DNA from: Candidatus Latescibacterota bacterium
GTDB taxonomy: Bacteria; Latescibacterota; UBA2968; UBA8231
Length of the DNA stretch: 64,000 bases
Direction: 5' to 3'
NCBI GenBank assembly: GCA_965261395.1
Contig: OZ253462.1
Span: 3,872,001 to 3,936,000 of the forward strand
In this document: positions 30,501 to 42,907 of the stretch, piece by piece
Numbering within the stretch: the first letter of the stretch is position 1
Layout: each line of letters starts with the position of its first letter
Notes under the pieces: generated by a model
Seen by the model: the letters and a program-made list of their open reading frames with translations, nothing else
Databases searched by the model: none
Told to the model about the DNA's origin: nothing
Translations under genes and position numbers: made by a program

Positions 30501-31090
30501 TCCAAAAACCAGTTGCCAGTGCGGGCGGCTTCGAGCTTGTCGTTGGTCATAATCTCAAAGGGCAACTGGAAGCGCTGGTAGAGTTCGTCCTGCCATTGCT
30601 CGGCGAGGCTGCCGGGGCAGACGATCAGGCACCGTTCGAGATCGCCACGGGCGATCAACTCCTTGATGAGTAGGCCCGCCATGATGGTCTTACCAGCACC
30701 CGGATCGTCGGCGAGGAGGAAGCGCAGCGGTTGGCGCGGCAGCATGGATTCGTACACCGCGGTGATCTGATGGGGCAATGGCTCGACGACCGAGGTGTGG
30801 ACCGCCAGCACGGGATCGAACAGATGCGCGAGGCGGATGCGCAGGGCCTCAGACACCAGCCGGAATAGGGCACCATCGCCGTCAAAACTCCACGGCTGCC
30901 CCTGTTCTGCCACTTCGAGCCGCGCCTCGTCAGAGCGGTAGAGCAGCTCATTGGCCACCTTACCGTCCGGGGTTTTGTAGGTCAGTTCCAGGGCCTCGGA
31001 GCCAAACCACTGCACGCTGACGACCACCACGAGGCCATCGGTGAGAATGCCACGCACTGCGGCGTTAGGCTGGAGATCTTCGAGCGTCAC
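27563..31090 (-). CDS. SNF2-family helicase with C-terminal DUF3883 (PD-(D/E)xK) nuclease
   Basis: LLADDPGAGKT, DEAH, TATPH, GEGINLQ, EQRFGRIHRIGQ; C-terminal GYDIES..FIEVKGR. Confidence 0.92.
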   Translation of the reverse strand: MTLEDLQPNAAVRGILTDGLVVVVSVQWFGSEALELTYKTPDGKVANELLYRSDEARLEVAEQGQPWSFDGDGALFRLVSEALRIRLAHLFDPVLAVHTSVVEPLPHQITAVYESMLPRQPLRFLLADDPGAGKTIMAGLLIKELIARGDLERCLIVCPGSLAEQWQDELYQRFQLPFEIMTNDKLEAARTGNWFLEANLVIARLDKLARDEQVQQKLQAPDTGWDLVVCDEAHKMSASFFGGEIHYTKRYRLGQLLSTRTRHFLLMTATPHNGKEEDFQLFMALLDSDRFEGRFRDGVHVADVSDLMRRMVKERLLKFDGKPLFPERIAYTVPYQLSEAEAQLYEAVTDYVREEFNRADALANAKRAGTVGFALTILQRRLASSPEAIYQSLRRRRERLEGRLCESEESRRPGWATAPELDAEDIEDLDDAPGHEAEAAETRILDQATAARSITELKAEIDTLKMLESRALDVRRRGGDAKWRELASLLSEVFTTSGIAGRIGEPTAPYSGGEIPRPVSSPAQKLVLFTEHRDTLRYLQDRITTLLGRAESVVVIHGGIAREHRHQAQEAFRHDPAVQVLLATDAAGEGINLQRAHLMVNYDLPWNPNRLEQRFGRIHRIGQTEVCHLWNLVADQTREGDVYQRLLTKLEQARQALGGQVFDVLGTLEFEGRPLRDLLLEAIRYGEQPEVRARLDTAVDQALDQSVLQDLLEERQLVHDAMDASRLQRVREEMERAEARRLQPHYIEAFFLEAFQRIGGSARQREPRRYEVTHVPAPIRNQSGPVLPRYERIAFDKSLVTPPGQPTAAFVCPGHPLLDAVLDLTLKEHRDLLKRGAVLIDERDPGQTPRVLFYLEHAIQDAGWTQAGDRRIVSKQMLYVEIDAAGNARHLHYAPYLDYRPLAQDEPSVEAILERPECAWINREMEQKAQAYAVAHVVPEHLAQVRDPKLALIAKTEAAVKDRLTKEISYWDHRAEQLKLQEKAGASGARLNSDEARKRADTLQARLNKRLQELKLEAQLSPLPPVVLGGLLVVPQGLADAMAGRRSPVDTQKVAARARAIVMEVERGLGYEPTDREFDKLGYDIESRMHGTGRLRFIEVKGRASGAATITVTKNEILYSLNKPDDFILAIVEFLDNARHRVSYLRQPFQREPDFGVTSVNYDFAKLLVRAEAPA

Positions 31091-31098
31091 TTCCCGAC

Positions 31099-34000
31099 CT
31101 ATTCCCGTTCAAAACCCTGGCTGGAGAACTTGAGCGTGCGGCTGTTCTCGGTGACGGTGCGCACGACGTGATCGGGCGCACCCGAGGGGATTTCGGCTTC
31201 TATCTCCAAGGTCACGGTCACTTTGGCACCTACCAAGCCGGCGAGATGGGCAATGACCTCATCGGCGATCTGGCTCGCGTCGCGACCGACGCGGGTGGCA
31301 TCGAGAGACACGGCCCCGTGAAAGCGCCGCGCTTTCTGCTCGGGTGGGGTAGGGGTTGGCTCTGGATGGGTGCCGGTACCGGCCGATGCGCTGGCGCTCG
31401 GCTCAGCGACGCCGACGCCCGCCCCGGTTGCCGCTGCCGCTGGCTCGGCGTTCTGCTGTGTGATCGCGACTTCGGGCTTGACCAGCAGCCCATCGCTCGC
31501 AGGATCAAGCAGGGGGACCTCACGGCCACAGCGGAGTCCGCGATAGCGGCTCGTGGCTTCATCGAAGGAATCGGCGTAGGCGAACGATTCGTCTGTCCAG
31601 AGGAGGAGCCCCAACCCGTCTTGAATGGCCCTAATTAGGACCTCTGGACCAGCGAGGCGGGGGAGGTACAGGTAGCGGGCGAAGTGGTCTGCCAACTGGC
31701 GGATTTCCACGTGATCGCCGCGCCACAAGGGCACTCGGTCGAGTTCTAGGCGCAAGCGCGTGCCCGCGAGCGCCGGTACCAACAGCTCTTCCGACCGCAG
31801 TTTCTTGCTGGCGCGCACGGCGAGCGGGTCCTGCCCAGTCAGCCGCAGGGCCTGCCACTCGACCGCCGCCTGGGGTGTGGACTGCACTGGCACGAGGAGC
31901 CACTGATAGGCCTCCGGCAGCCGTCCAACCACGGCACCATCCTCCGACTTCAACTGCGCTTCGGCTTGCCGCACCTGATGCGGGTCGAGGTTCAGAGTTT
32001 CTTTGTCTTGGAGGATGGACGACCACGCCAACCAGCGACGAATCGCTTCATCCAGGTCCTGCAGGCGGGTCTGGTCCACGGCAAGGAAGACCAGCGTATT
32101 GCGAAAAAGGCGCGGGGTGTTGCCGCGATTTTCGAGTATGGCGGTGGCTGCGGCCTGCGCCTTGCTGTTCGACCCGCTGCTGTGTGGGTGCTCAGTCCCT
32201 AGCACCACCAGACGGGCCTCCATGTCGTCGGGGATATCAGCGCCGGATTGCGGCACCGTATGGATGCGCTGGAAGTCGCCCGTGGTGCGCAGGTCGGTGC
32301 GCAACCGCTGCTCGATCTCGGCCACCACTGGCGCGGGATCGCGCCTGAATTGATCGGCCCGGTCTTCCGCCAGCTTGGTGACAGTCGGCTGCGTTGAGTA
32401 CCAGTAGCGCGGGCCATCCTGATAGAGGAAGGTCGCCTGCGTGCTCAGGCGACGCAGGGCATCGCCAAAGATCGCTGGTGTTTCACCCGGCATTGCGCAG
32501 CCGAGCTTGATCCGGCGGTCCTCAATGCCGCGATTGGCCACCGAGGTCGTCGGCGCGGAGCCGAGGTACACGGTGCGCGCTACCCGGCGAGTCGCGGAGA
32601 ATTTGCCCAAGTTCGCTACCTCGCCGTCAATGCGCTGCGGCAGTGCATTCGGGCCATCGACATCCGCCTCGATGATCGGCGTCCAGTTGTCGGACAGATA
32701 GCGGGTCAACTCGTTGCGGACGTGCGGGTCGTCGATGGGGATGTGTGCTGGCATGATCAGCGGGTTGCGGTCGCCGCGGTCCCACAGACTGTGGATGACG
32801 GCGGCCATCAGACGCAGGACGCCGCGCGTGCGCTGAAACTTCACTAGCGCGGACCAGTCCGTGTAGAGCCGGTCGAAGACTTCTGGATGGATTGGATAGG
32901 CAGCACGCAGGCGGCGCTCGTAGTCGGCGTCCCGGCATTCGGTAGGGAACTCCTGCTGCTGGGCGCGGTAGAAGTCGGCAAAGGTGCGTGAGACATTGTC
33001 GCGGGCCGTGAAATGCTCGCGCTCGCTCAAGGGTTCAAATAGACGGCGGCGCACGATCTCAAAGCCTTCTTCGGTACTCGCTGGCGTCCAGGAGGATTCG
33101 ACGCGGCCAATGACATTCTTGAGCCGCGACAGCGCCGCCCGGCCGCGGAGGCCACCGACTTCCTCGTCTTCACCTTGGGCATGGGGGGAGGTCGCCGTAT
33201 CCGATGACGGCAAGCTGATCACCAGCAGGCAATGGTTCGCCGCCCGCGCGGATTCGGTCAAGGTCTGGGCAAAGCTGAAGTGGGTTTCGAAACTGCCGGC
33301 TGGCAGGTCGGCGTCGTCGTGCAACTGGCGGGCGTAGGCGACCCATTCGTCGATCAGAATGAGACACGGCCCGTATTCGTTCATCAATTCGCGGAGGGCG
33401 TCGCCTGGGTTGGTGGCGCGCTCGTCGTCCTGCCGCACTTTGTCGAATGCCGCTTTGCCGCCGAGTTGCCAAGCGAGTTCGCCCCACAGTGTCCTGACCA
33501 CGGTGCCATCTTCCTTTGCCGACGGATTGCCGGGCGAGATCTTGTTGCCGACCAGCACGACCCGTTTGACATGGTCGGGCCGTGCGGCGATTTCGGCTGA
33601 TGCTATCAGGTCGTCGATACCCAGCAACTCGCCGGTTGGCATTCCTGAGAATAGATGGTACAGGGCTAGCATGGAGTGGGTCTTGCCGCCGCCGAAGTTG
33701 GTCTGTAGTTCCACCACTGGATCGCCGCCCTGACCGCTCAGCCGCTGCATCGCTCCGCTTAGCAGGCTCTTCAGGCTTTCCGTCAGATAGGTGCGGCGAA
33801 AGAACTCCGCTGGGTTGCGGTACTCGTCGGTTCCTTCACCGATATGGACCTGCCACAGGTCCGCGGCGAACTCGGCCTGCTGGTAGCCGCCGCTGGCCAC
33901 GTCGCGATGCGGGGCTACGACCTCGCGCCAGGGCTTCAGGCTGCCGGTGGCTTGGCTCTCGACGGTGTTGCCAGCGCCGCGCCGGCGTTCACTGCGCGCC

Positions 34001-34437
34001 TGCTCCTCAAAGATCAGACGGCGCAGTTCCATCTTCATGCGATTGACCTCGTCTGCTTGCGGCGCGGAAACGGCTGTCAGCAGGCGGGCGATAGAGTCGA
34101 GGGTGCGGTCGGCGTCGTCGCTGGAGAAGCTGTCTTGGTGCGCCCACTTGTTGCGCTGGTCGCGGATTTCGTTGACGAGGCTGCGCTCGGCACGGCCCAG
34201 TACAGTGCGGAACACGTCATTCCACGTTTCCCACATGAGCTTGAGAAGTGCGGCTACATCCCACTGGTCTATGGGCTTGTCGGTCAGGTGTGGATCATCG
34301 ACAAAGCGCCGGACGGTGTCCATGTGTACGCCACCGGCCTTGATTTTGTCTTGGACCTCGCGCTCGACAAATGGGCCAAGTCCGGCCTTGAGGAGTTCGA
34401 GTGCTTTGCCGACGCGTTCTTGATTGGTAATGGCCAT
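31099..34437 (-). CDS. DUF499 AAA+ ATPase with N-terminal Swt1-like HEPN domain
   Basis: RNKWAH (RxxxxH); LKPWREV..PH.DV, EFAADL, QTNFGGGKTH, LILIDEW, YPIHPE, FQRTRGVLRLMA. Confidence 0.92.
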   Translation of the reverse strand: MAITNQERVGKALELLKAGLGPFVEREVQDKIKAGGVHMDTVRRFVDDPHLTDKPIDQWDVAALLKLMWETWNDVFRTVLGRAERSLVNEIRDQRNKWAHQDSFSSDDADRTLDSIARLLTAVSAPQADEVNRMKMELRRLIFEEQARSERRRGAGNTVESQATGSLKPWREVVAPHRDVASGGYQQAEFAADLWQVHIGEGTDEYRNPAEFFRRTYLTESLKSLLSGAMQRLSGQGGDPVVELQTNFGGGKTHSMLALYHLFSGMPTGELLGIDDLIASAEIAARPDHVKRVVLVGNKISPGNPSAKEDGTVVRTLWGELAWQLGGKAAFDKVRQDDERATNPGDALRELMNEYGPCLILIDEWVAYARQLHDDADLPAGSFETHFSFAQTLTESARAANHCLLVISLPSSDTATSPHAQGEDEEVGGLRGRAALSRLKNVIGRVESSWTPASTEEGFEIVRRRLFEPLSEREHFTARDNVSRTFADFYRAQQQEFPTECRDADYERRLRAAYPIHPEVFDRLYTDWSALVKFQRTRGVLRLMAAVIHSLWDRGDRNPLIMPAHIPIDDPHVRNELTRYLSDNWTPIIEADVDGPNALPQRIDGEVANLGKFSATRRVARTVYLGSAPTTSVANRGIEDRRIKLGCAMPGETPAIFGDALRRLSTQATFLYQDGPRYWYSTQPTVTKLAEDRADQFRRDPAPVVAEIEQRLRTDLRTTGDFQRIHTVPQSGADIPDDMEARLVVLGTEHPHSSGSNSKAQAAATAILENRGNTPRLFRNTLVFLAVDQTRLQDLDEAIRRWLAWSSILQDKETLNLDPHQVRQAEAQLKSEDGAVVGRLPEAYQWLLVPVQSTPQAAVEWQALRLTGQDPLAVRASKKLRSEELLVPALAGTRLRLELDRVPLWRGDHVEIRQLADHFARYLYLPRLAGPEVLIRAIQDGLGLLLWTDESFAYADSFDEATSRYRGLRCGREVPLLDPASDGLLVKPEVAITQQNAEPAAAATGAGVGVAEPSASASAGTGTHPEPTPTPPEQKARRFHGAVSLDATRVGRDASQIADEVIAHLAGLVGAKVTVTLEIEAEIPSGAPDHVVRTVTENSRTLKFSSQGFERE

Positions 34438-34712
34438 GATTTTACTTCCTTATAAATAGCTCTTGGTCGCCGTGCGACTGATTGCACTCGTCCACGGTCC
34501 AATTCGAGTACCTTGGAGCCGAGGACGCAAACGAAGAAGTGAAGCATAGTCAGTATTTGCAAGTCTTGGCAATAGGACTTGATCTTAGAGTCAGAAAGGC
34601 CAGCGCATTCCTCTAGGGCAACGGCCTGTCGAGATGCGATTCGCCAATATCTTACGCCACCCCAGCAGCCATTGTATTTAGACAAGTAAAATCTAGTGTT
34701 TATTTTTGAAGT

Positions 34713-35228
34713 ATGAAGAAGCAAACAGCCGTTTTGGACACCTCATTTTGGGTTTTGGGCCATCGAGCGGATGTACTCGCCTCTCTGTTTCGCTTTTTTG
34801 CGGCCGTTGTCCCATCGGCTGTCCAGACTGAAATACGAGCCCGCGATCCGCGTTATACACAGCGGGTATATGGGTATCAAGAACTGTTTGGCCTGATGAA
34901 GCGGCAGGGAGTATTGGCCATCCGCGATCCTGTTCAGCCGTTGGACCAGTTCCACGCAGGAGAAGTAGCTGCTTTGGGGTTGGCGCTCGACGAGAATCTG
35001 TGGCTGCTGGTGAATGAACTGCGTGCTCTGCGCTTTGCTCGGCAGCGCGGCCTGTCAAGGCGCTGACCGTTCCAGAATTCACCGTATATCTATACGAAAT
35101 AGAAGTGCTGTCTTGGCACAGTGTCCACAGATAAGCTGGATAGGATCGCCGCGAATACTGGAACGGCTTTGATGGATGCGGCCCGCCAAGCCGTGCGGAG
35201 CTTGGCCGAATCCCGAGGAGACCTATAG
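34713..35228 (+). pseudogene. PIN-domain (DUF3368-like) pseudogene with two frameshifts
   Basis: VLDTS, VPSAV..EI, GEVAAL.LA, LLVNE..A...AR..GL; continues in shifted frames (KALTVPEF.., DKLDRIAANTG..) to TAG 35228. Confidence 0.65.
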
Positions 35229-36032
35229 AATGAGTCCTCACAGCAGATGAAAGAGCATAGGGAGTCTAACCGACGACGGTATTCAAGTCGGTCAAGATTT
35301 TATCTACACAGGTTTTACTAAAACCTGTATCGTAATACGTGTAACTATCTTTATTAAAGGGAATAAGAGAGGGAGGCTCTTCATCTTTACATATAACATG
35401 CTTACGGACATCAGGGAGATTGTCGGAAAGGATTTCATTAATATACGGATCACGGAAGGCATACCCGACGAAGATTGCTACATCCGCCCTAAGTGCGGTC
35501 TTCCGTAGATGATCATGGAACATAATAAAAGGTTCTTCTTGGGGCCTTCCTTTAAGTCCTGGATACAAAACTGCTTGTTTTTTTTCATCCCCGGTATAAA
35601 CGGGACTTTGGACAATAGTACCGTCGCTGTTGCGCTGCCAATTCACTGATCCATGCAGCTTGGTCAGCCGCCCGTGACCGTTAATGGATGTGCCGGGACT
35701 ATCCCAAACAGTTGTATCTATGATCGTCTCATAATCATGATGCCTGATACCGTCCTCTATATCTATCCCATACTTTTTGATCGTACTTTCCAATACCAAG
35801 TCATAGTTTGTCGTGAAAATCTCAACAACGGGATCCGAAGATTGGAGATCCTTGAGAAAACGTGCCCAATTGGTTAATTGGTTCTTGTCAGGACGATGTG
35901 TGTATAGATTATGTACTAGGCTATTGATGCTATTTCTTAGATATAAACACTGGTCACTGAAAGATTCTCTATTCCTAATTATAGATTGAGTTTCAGACAC
36001 AGAGGCACCGAATTGAGCGGCCAAGTTATTAA

Positions 36033-36964
36033 GAAGCCGTCTGAAAACCCTTGCTGTAGCCGGTATTTGAATCGGCGTACTCATCGAGCCATATTCAGGT
36101 TTCGCGACAAAATCTGAACAGAAAGGCTCGTATGATGAGTACGCCTAGTAGGCAATATGCCACCGATGTAACCGATGTGCAATGGCGTCGGATCGAACCG
36201 TTGCTGCCGGCTTCGACATGGCAGCCGAACGGTCCGGGTCGGCCACCGCGGGATCGACGCCAGATCGTCAACGGCCTTTTGTATCTGACCAAGACCGGTT
36301 GTCCTTGGGCTTTGTTGCCTTCTTGTTTTGGACCGTGGAAAACGGTGTATGATTACTTTCGTCGCTGGAGTCTACAAGGGGTCTGGCCGCAGGTATTGGA
36401 TCGACTCACCCAGCGGGAACGCCGCCTCAACGGACGGGCTCCAACGCCGTCGGCTGGCGTAGTCGATAGTCAGACGATCAAGACGGCAACCCATGGTAAA
36501 ACAACCGGTTATGACGCCGGAAAAAAGGTCAAGGGGCGCAAGCGTCATCTGTTGGTCGACACCTCGGGCTTGCTTAGACAGGTGGTGGTCACCGCCGCCG
36601 ATGTAGAGGATCGGGACGGCCTCAAGCAGGTGTTGACCCGCTTGGGGGCCTCCGGCGTAGCCCGGTTACGCAAACTGTGGGGCGATGGCGGCTATCGAGG
36701 CGATCCGATCCGAACGTGGGTGGCTAACGTAAAAAAGACGCACAAAATAGACTTGGAAGTCGTCGCCAAACAAGGCCCCGGCTTTGAGGTGTTACCACGC
36801 CGTTGGGTCGTCGAGCGCACGTTTGCGTGGTTGATGAATTTTCGCCGACATGCCCGAGATTATGAGGTGTTGACCCACCATAGCGAAGCCTTGATCCAGA
36901 TTGCTATGATCCACTTGCTGCTCAAACGGATCAAATAGAAAAAATATAGTTTTCAGACGGCTTC
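36033..36964 (+). mobile_element. IS5-family element (IS1031-like)
   Basis: Perfect 16-bp TIR gaagccgtctgaaaac; TNA-type flanks (taa / tca). Confidence 0.92.
36132..36938 (+). CDS. IS5-family DDE transposase
   Basis: YATDVTD.QW, GCPW..LP, DSQTIK, GYDAGKKVKGRKRH, RWVVERTFAW. Confidence 0.95.
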   Translation: MMSTPSRQYATDVTDVQWRRIEPLLPASTWQPNGPGRPPRDRRQIVNGLLYLTKTGCPWALLPSCFGPWKTVYDYFRRWSLQGVWPQVLDRLTQRERRLNGRAPTPSAGVVDSQTIKTATHGKTTGYDAGKKVKGRKRHLLVDTSGLLRQVVVTAADVEDRDGLKQVLTRLGASGVARLRKLWGDGGYRGDPIRTWVANVKKTHKIDLEVVAKQGPGFEVLPRRWVVERTFAWLMNFRRHARDYEVLTHHSEALIQIAMIHLLLKRIK

Positions 36965-37400
36965 TCAGCATATTATTACTCATCATCCACCCCATTATAC
37001 TATCGGGATTAAGTGTGGCATCAAAGGTTCTATTAAAATCATCAATAGTCCACAGAACATCCTCGATGTCAATAAGACTTTCTTTCTTTTGGGCTTTAAG
37101 GAATTCATGGATAAAATTATACAAAGCGTTGTTCTTTACGTCTTCTGGAAGACGTTTGAAGAACTCGATAGTGGTAGGGTAATTTTTGGAATCTACAGAA
37201 GCGGAGCTTCCTGCGCCTGCGAAGACTAGAATCATTCTAATTATCCTTGAATTTGGTGGTTCTGACTAAGACGGTTGACGCAAGCAATTTGCAGCGTGAG
37301 ATCAACGGCGTCAAGAGGGGTGTTACTGCAACTCGGTCCGGCCCAATAGGTTGGACCTTGACATCTCAGACGCGTTTTCTTCAACTTCGTCGGATTCGTA

Positions 37401-37646
37401 TTAACACAACGTAACGAACTCGTCGCCTTCGACTTTACCAATAATTTTATCGAACGAAATATTGCCGTCGTCTGATCGAAAAGCCCAAAGCCGTTCGACA
37501 ATGGCACTGGGATATTCTACAGAAACCATTAATTCCAGCGTTATCTGTCCTTTTTTAGAAATTTCAAGCGTCCCAGAGAGTACATTTTCTTCCTCGCTAG
37601 GCAGCCAAAAATATCCATGCCTTTCAATGGAAGCTGCGAGTCGCAT
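37401..37646 (-). pseudogene. N-terminal stub of an ApeA-type (HEPN-associated) protein
   Basis: GYFWLP....SGTL.I...G.I.LEL and I.G.......VTL match my recollection of the ApeA N-terminal domain; stops after 81 aa. Confidence 0.6.
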
Positions 37647-37652
37647 AATTCA

Positions 37653-37817
37653 TTATCCTAAATTAGCCTGTGAATCGAGATCGACGGTAATGGTAATCAC
37701 TGGGCGATCCAACTTGGACAGCATCGAGGCAGTATGATATATCAAAGAGGTTTTCCCTACGTCTTCCTTGTTATTGAAGAAGGTCAAGACAGGTGTACTC
37801 CTGATCGTATCCGTCAT
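37653..37817 (-). pseudogene. ParA/Soj-family ATPase N-terminal stub (54 aa, not in the ORF track)
   Basis: MTDTIRSTPVLTFFNNKEDVGKTSLIYH..VDLDSQANLG*: degenerate KGGVGKT and DLDPQ.NL motifs; ATGA overlap with the upstream gene. Confidence 0.75.
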
Positions 37818-38707
37818 TCCGTCATCCCCTCGACCAAAAGGAGATGACCGGGCAATCCCTCGGTCGGGGCATCTGATGCTTGCACTTTCCTTGTCTCTAA
37901 CATTATAGAATCCCGCCGTAATTCCTTATGCCGTAATCCCTCATGCCGCAATATCTCATGCCGTAACCTCTCAACATCTTCATCCGATAGCTTTGCGTCA
38001 TCTCGGGACCACAGCCATTCCGGCCAGCCACCGTCAACCGGTTCGAAGTGTACCCAGTCATAGTTTTGCAAGTCATCTACATCTAATGGTAGAAATGACC
38101 CGAGAAATGCGGACAGGCTACGGGAGGAGGCGGGCAGGAAGCGGTGGTCGCGGCCCTGCCGGCAGTCAAAAAGGCAACGCCAAGGCAATGCGGCGCATGA
38201 TGTATGAATCGAGTCAAAGTTCCTAGTTCTAGCCCGGATCGCTTGGCGAATATTCCAGCTTGGCACCAAAGTACAACCTAGTTGCCTTTCGTCGGGACAC
38301 CGACAGCAATGCCAATATGGTTGTATCTTGTGCCGGGCCACGTAGTTGTACAAAAGATAAAGTGGGATGGCGCGTACGCTCCGGGAGTACGTCTCAAGGA
38401 TGTCTATCTGAGATTTCGCTTTGGCGTCGAGACGATAACGCCCCTCGGTTTGATATAGCTTCTTGGCTTGCACTGCAAATGCTGCGGCTCGGTTGCCACC
38501 GGCGTGAATCCGGATTTCCAGATCGGTACCTCGTCTCGATTCCTGACTTTTAGTGCTTTGAAATAGCCTAGTACGACCCTCCATTGAACGTGTGAAATCC
38601 AAAATGAGTAGATCAGTAAGCGTCTCCTCTCCCAACCGGACTTGCACGTCCCATGACTGTTTGAGCCTTCCCCATGTATCCTCTGCGATTTGTTCAGCGG
38701 GGGTCAT
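37814..38707 (-). CDS. DUF6615-like putative PD-(D/E)xK nuclease
   Basis: GEETLTD..E...G.D.E....AVQAKKL..Q...L....P.YLLYN pattern. Confidence 0.6.
   Translation of the reverse strand: MTPAEQIAEDTWGRLKQSWDVQVRLGEETLTDLLILDFTRSMEGRTRLFQSTKSQESRRGTDLEIRIHAGGNRAAAFAVQAKKLYQTEGRYRLDAKAKSQIDILETYSRSVRAIPLYLLYNYVARHKIQPYWHCCRCPDERQLGCTLVPSWNIRQAIRARTRNFDSIHTSCAALPWRCLFDCRQGRDHRFLPASSRSLSAFLGSFLPLDVDDLQNYDWVHFEPVDGGWPEWLWSRDDAKLSDEDVERLRHEILRHEGLRHKELRRDSIMLETRKVQASDAPTEGLPGHLLLVEGMTE
37911..37966 (-). repeat. ~4 x 15-nt coding tandem repeat (LRHEI LRHEG LRHKE LRRD)
   Basis: Plus-strand units tatctcatgccgtaa / tccctcatgccgcaa / ttccttatgccgtaa. Confidence 0.8.
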
Positions 38708-38718
38708 CTTCGATGTGC

Positions 38719-38778
38719 TTAGTTTGTGTGCCGCTCAAGCCAGCGGCGAGCTTCGTCAACGAGTTCAGGGTCGTTCAT
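38719..38778 (-). pseudogene. HEPN toxin N-terminal stub (19 aa)
   Basis: MNDPELVDEARRWL.. overlaps the MNT 3' end, where the HEPN partner normally starts. Confidence 0.55.
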
Positions 38779-39087
38779 AGAGAACCTTTCCTTCGCGGAG
38801 AGCTGAACGCAATGCGGTTCCCACAAGGTGCCCGCGACTAGCGACTTCCTCGGGAGTCGCTACTACTATGTCCTTGCATACTGGCAGATCGCCCAAGGCC
38901 CGACGGATCTCGATAGCCGTGTGCCGCTTGTCGGACACATTGGGCAGAATTACGAGTAGGTCAACGTCGCTTCATTCGGTTGCCGTGCCCCGTGCATGAG
39001 ATCCGAAGAGGACGACCTGCGAAGGCTGGAAGCCTCTCACGATGCGGTCCACCATAGTTGATATAAACGTTTCCGATGCGGCCACAT

Positions 39088-39091
<4 letters not shown>
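38765..39091 (-). pseudogene. Minimal nucleotidyltransferase (MNT antitoxin) with in-frame TGA (38972-38974); not in the ORF track
   Basis: VVLFGSHARGTATE*SDVDLLV..DIVV.TP..LREGKVLYER; ATGA overlap with the methylase stop. Confidence 0.85.
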
Positions 39092-41991
<2,900 letters not shown>

Positions 41992-41995
<4 letters not shown>

Positions 41996-42543
41996 TTGCA
42001 GACGGCCAAGAGGTTCGAGTTTGTAGTCAAAACCTCAATGCCGCCAGACGTGAAATCGCTGTCATTCGTAACCAGCTTCCAGCCATTGCGGCGACATGTT
42101 TCGGCCAGCAAGCCATCGTTGAAGTCAGTCGCTCCCGCTGCAAAATTAGCCAGCACTTGGGTGATATTGGCCGCAGCAAAAGGGTGATCGTGGCAGGCAC
42201 AGAGCTTGAGCATAGAGCGTGCAAAAACCGCTGCACCTTTGCCAACCGCCTTGAAGGCCGCCGATTTGCGGAATGATTTGAATCGAGGATACTGTTTCCG
42301 ATGCCGGACCTTCCATTCAATACGGCAGTAGGTGTTCAGATACTCACTGAGCACCATAGCGTCCATGATCAATTCGGCACCTACAGACTGCATGGATTTT
42401 AACCCGTTGCTATATTGCGCGAAGAATTTGCTCTTGCTTGTGGATGGCGGCGGATACAGGTAGAGCCACACGTTAGCATCGAGCAAGAACGTTTCGCCAC
42501 AGCTAAACGAATAGGCCGCCAGATCGTGCGCCTTATTCTTCAT
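41992..42543 (-). CDS. PIN-domain nuclease (module gene 3)
   Basis: [26 protein letters not shown]; start MKNKAH overlaps the STAS gene end; stop overlaps the methylase ATG. Confidence 0.85.
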
Positions 42544-42907
42544 CGCCCAGTTCCTCCTGCCATGCCCGGTCAAAATCCTCGGGCCTGCTGAAATACGCCT
42601 TGGCGTTATAGACGACGTGCGTGAGCATTTCGTGGTCGTCAGCAGCCAAGTCGCGGAAGAAAAGCAACTCGTCAATGCGATCCTCGGACAGCTCGCCGTA
42701 GAGCTGGCCTACCGCCGCGTTCAGAAATGCAGAGATAAGGATATCCACCCGCTCGAAGGAAAGGACAACCGGCGTCCCCGCCTTTAGGAGCGGAGCGATC
42801 TTGTCGTGCAGATGCTGGCCGTCGCTGGCGGATACGCACAGGGGACCGCCGATAATGTCAAACACTTGCACAGTAATTGGTTCAGTCACGGTTTCACTCT
42901 TTCTCAT
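42533..42907 (-). CDS. STAS-like DUF4325 protein (module gene 2)
   Basis: G..L...I...L..G..V.LSF..V....SAFLNAAVGQLY. Confidence 0.8.
   Translation of the reverse strand: MRKSETVTEPITVQVFDIIGGPLCVSASDGQHLHDKIAPLLKAGTPVVLSFERVDILISAFLNAAVGQLYGELSEDRIDELLFFRDLAADDHEMLTHVVYNAKAYFSRPEDFDRAWQEELGDEE

Larger units (their letters stand above)
35266..37235 (-). pseudogene. SIR2-like (NADase-type) protein interrupted by IS5
   Basis: GAGSS at the N-terminus; FTTNYD, KLHGS, GYAFRD after the IS; removing the IS and one 3-bp flank restores a 344-aa frame; AT-rich. Confidence 0.88.

Noticed and set aside
37911-37966. CRISPR array
   Set aside because: 15-nt in-frame coding repeats with no spacers; no cas genes
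9509-38974. Genome-wide TGA=Trp recoding suggested by two in-frame TGAs
   Set aside because: TGA terminates many genes at their expected ends (e.g. 5452, 7256, 27563, 52695) and Trp is otherwise TGG
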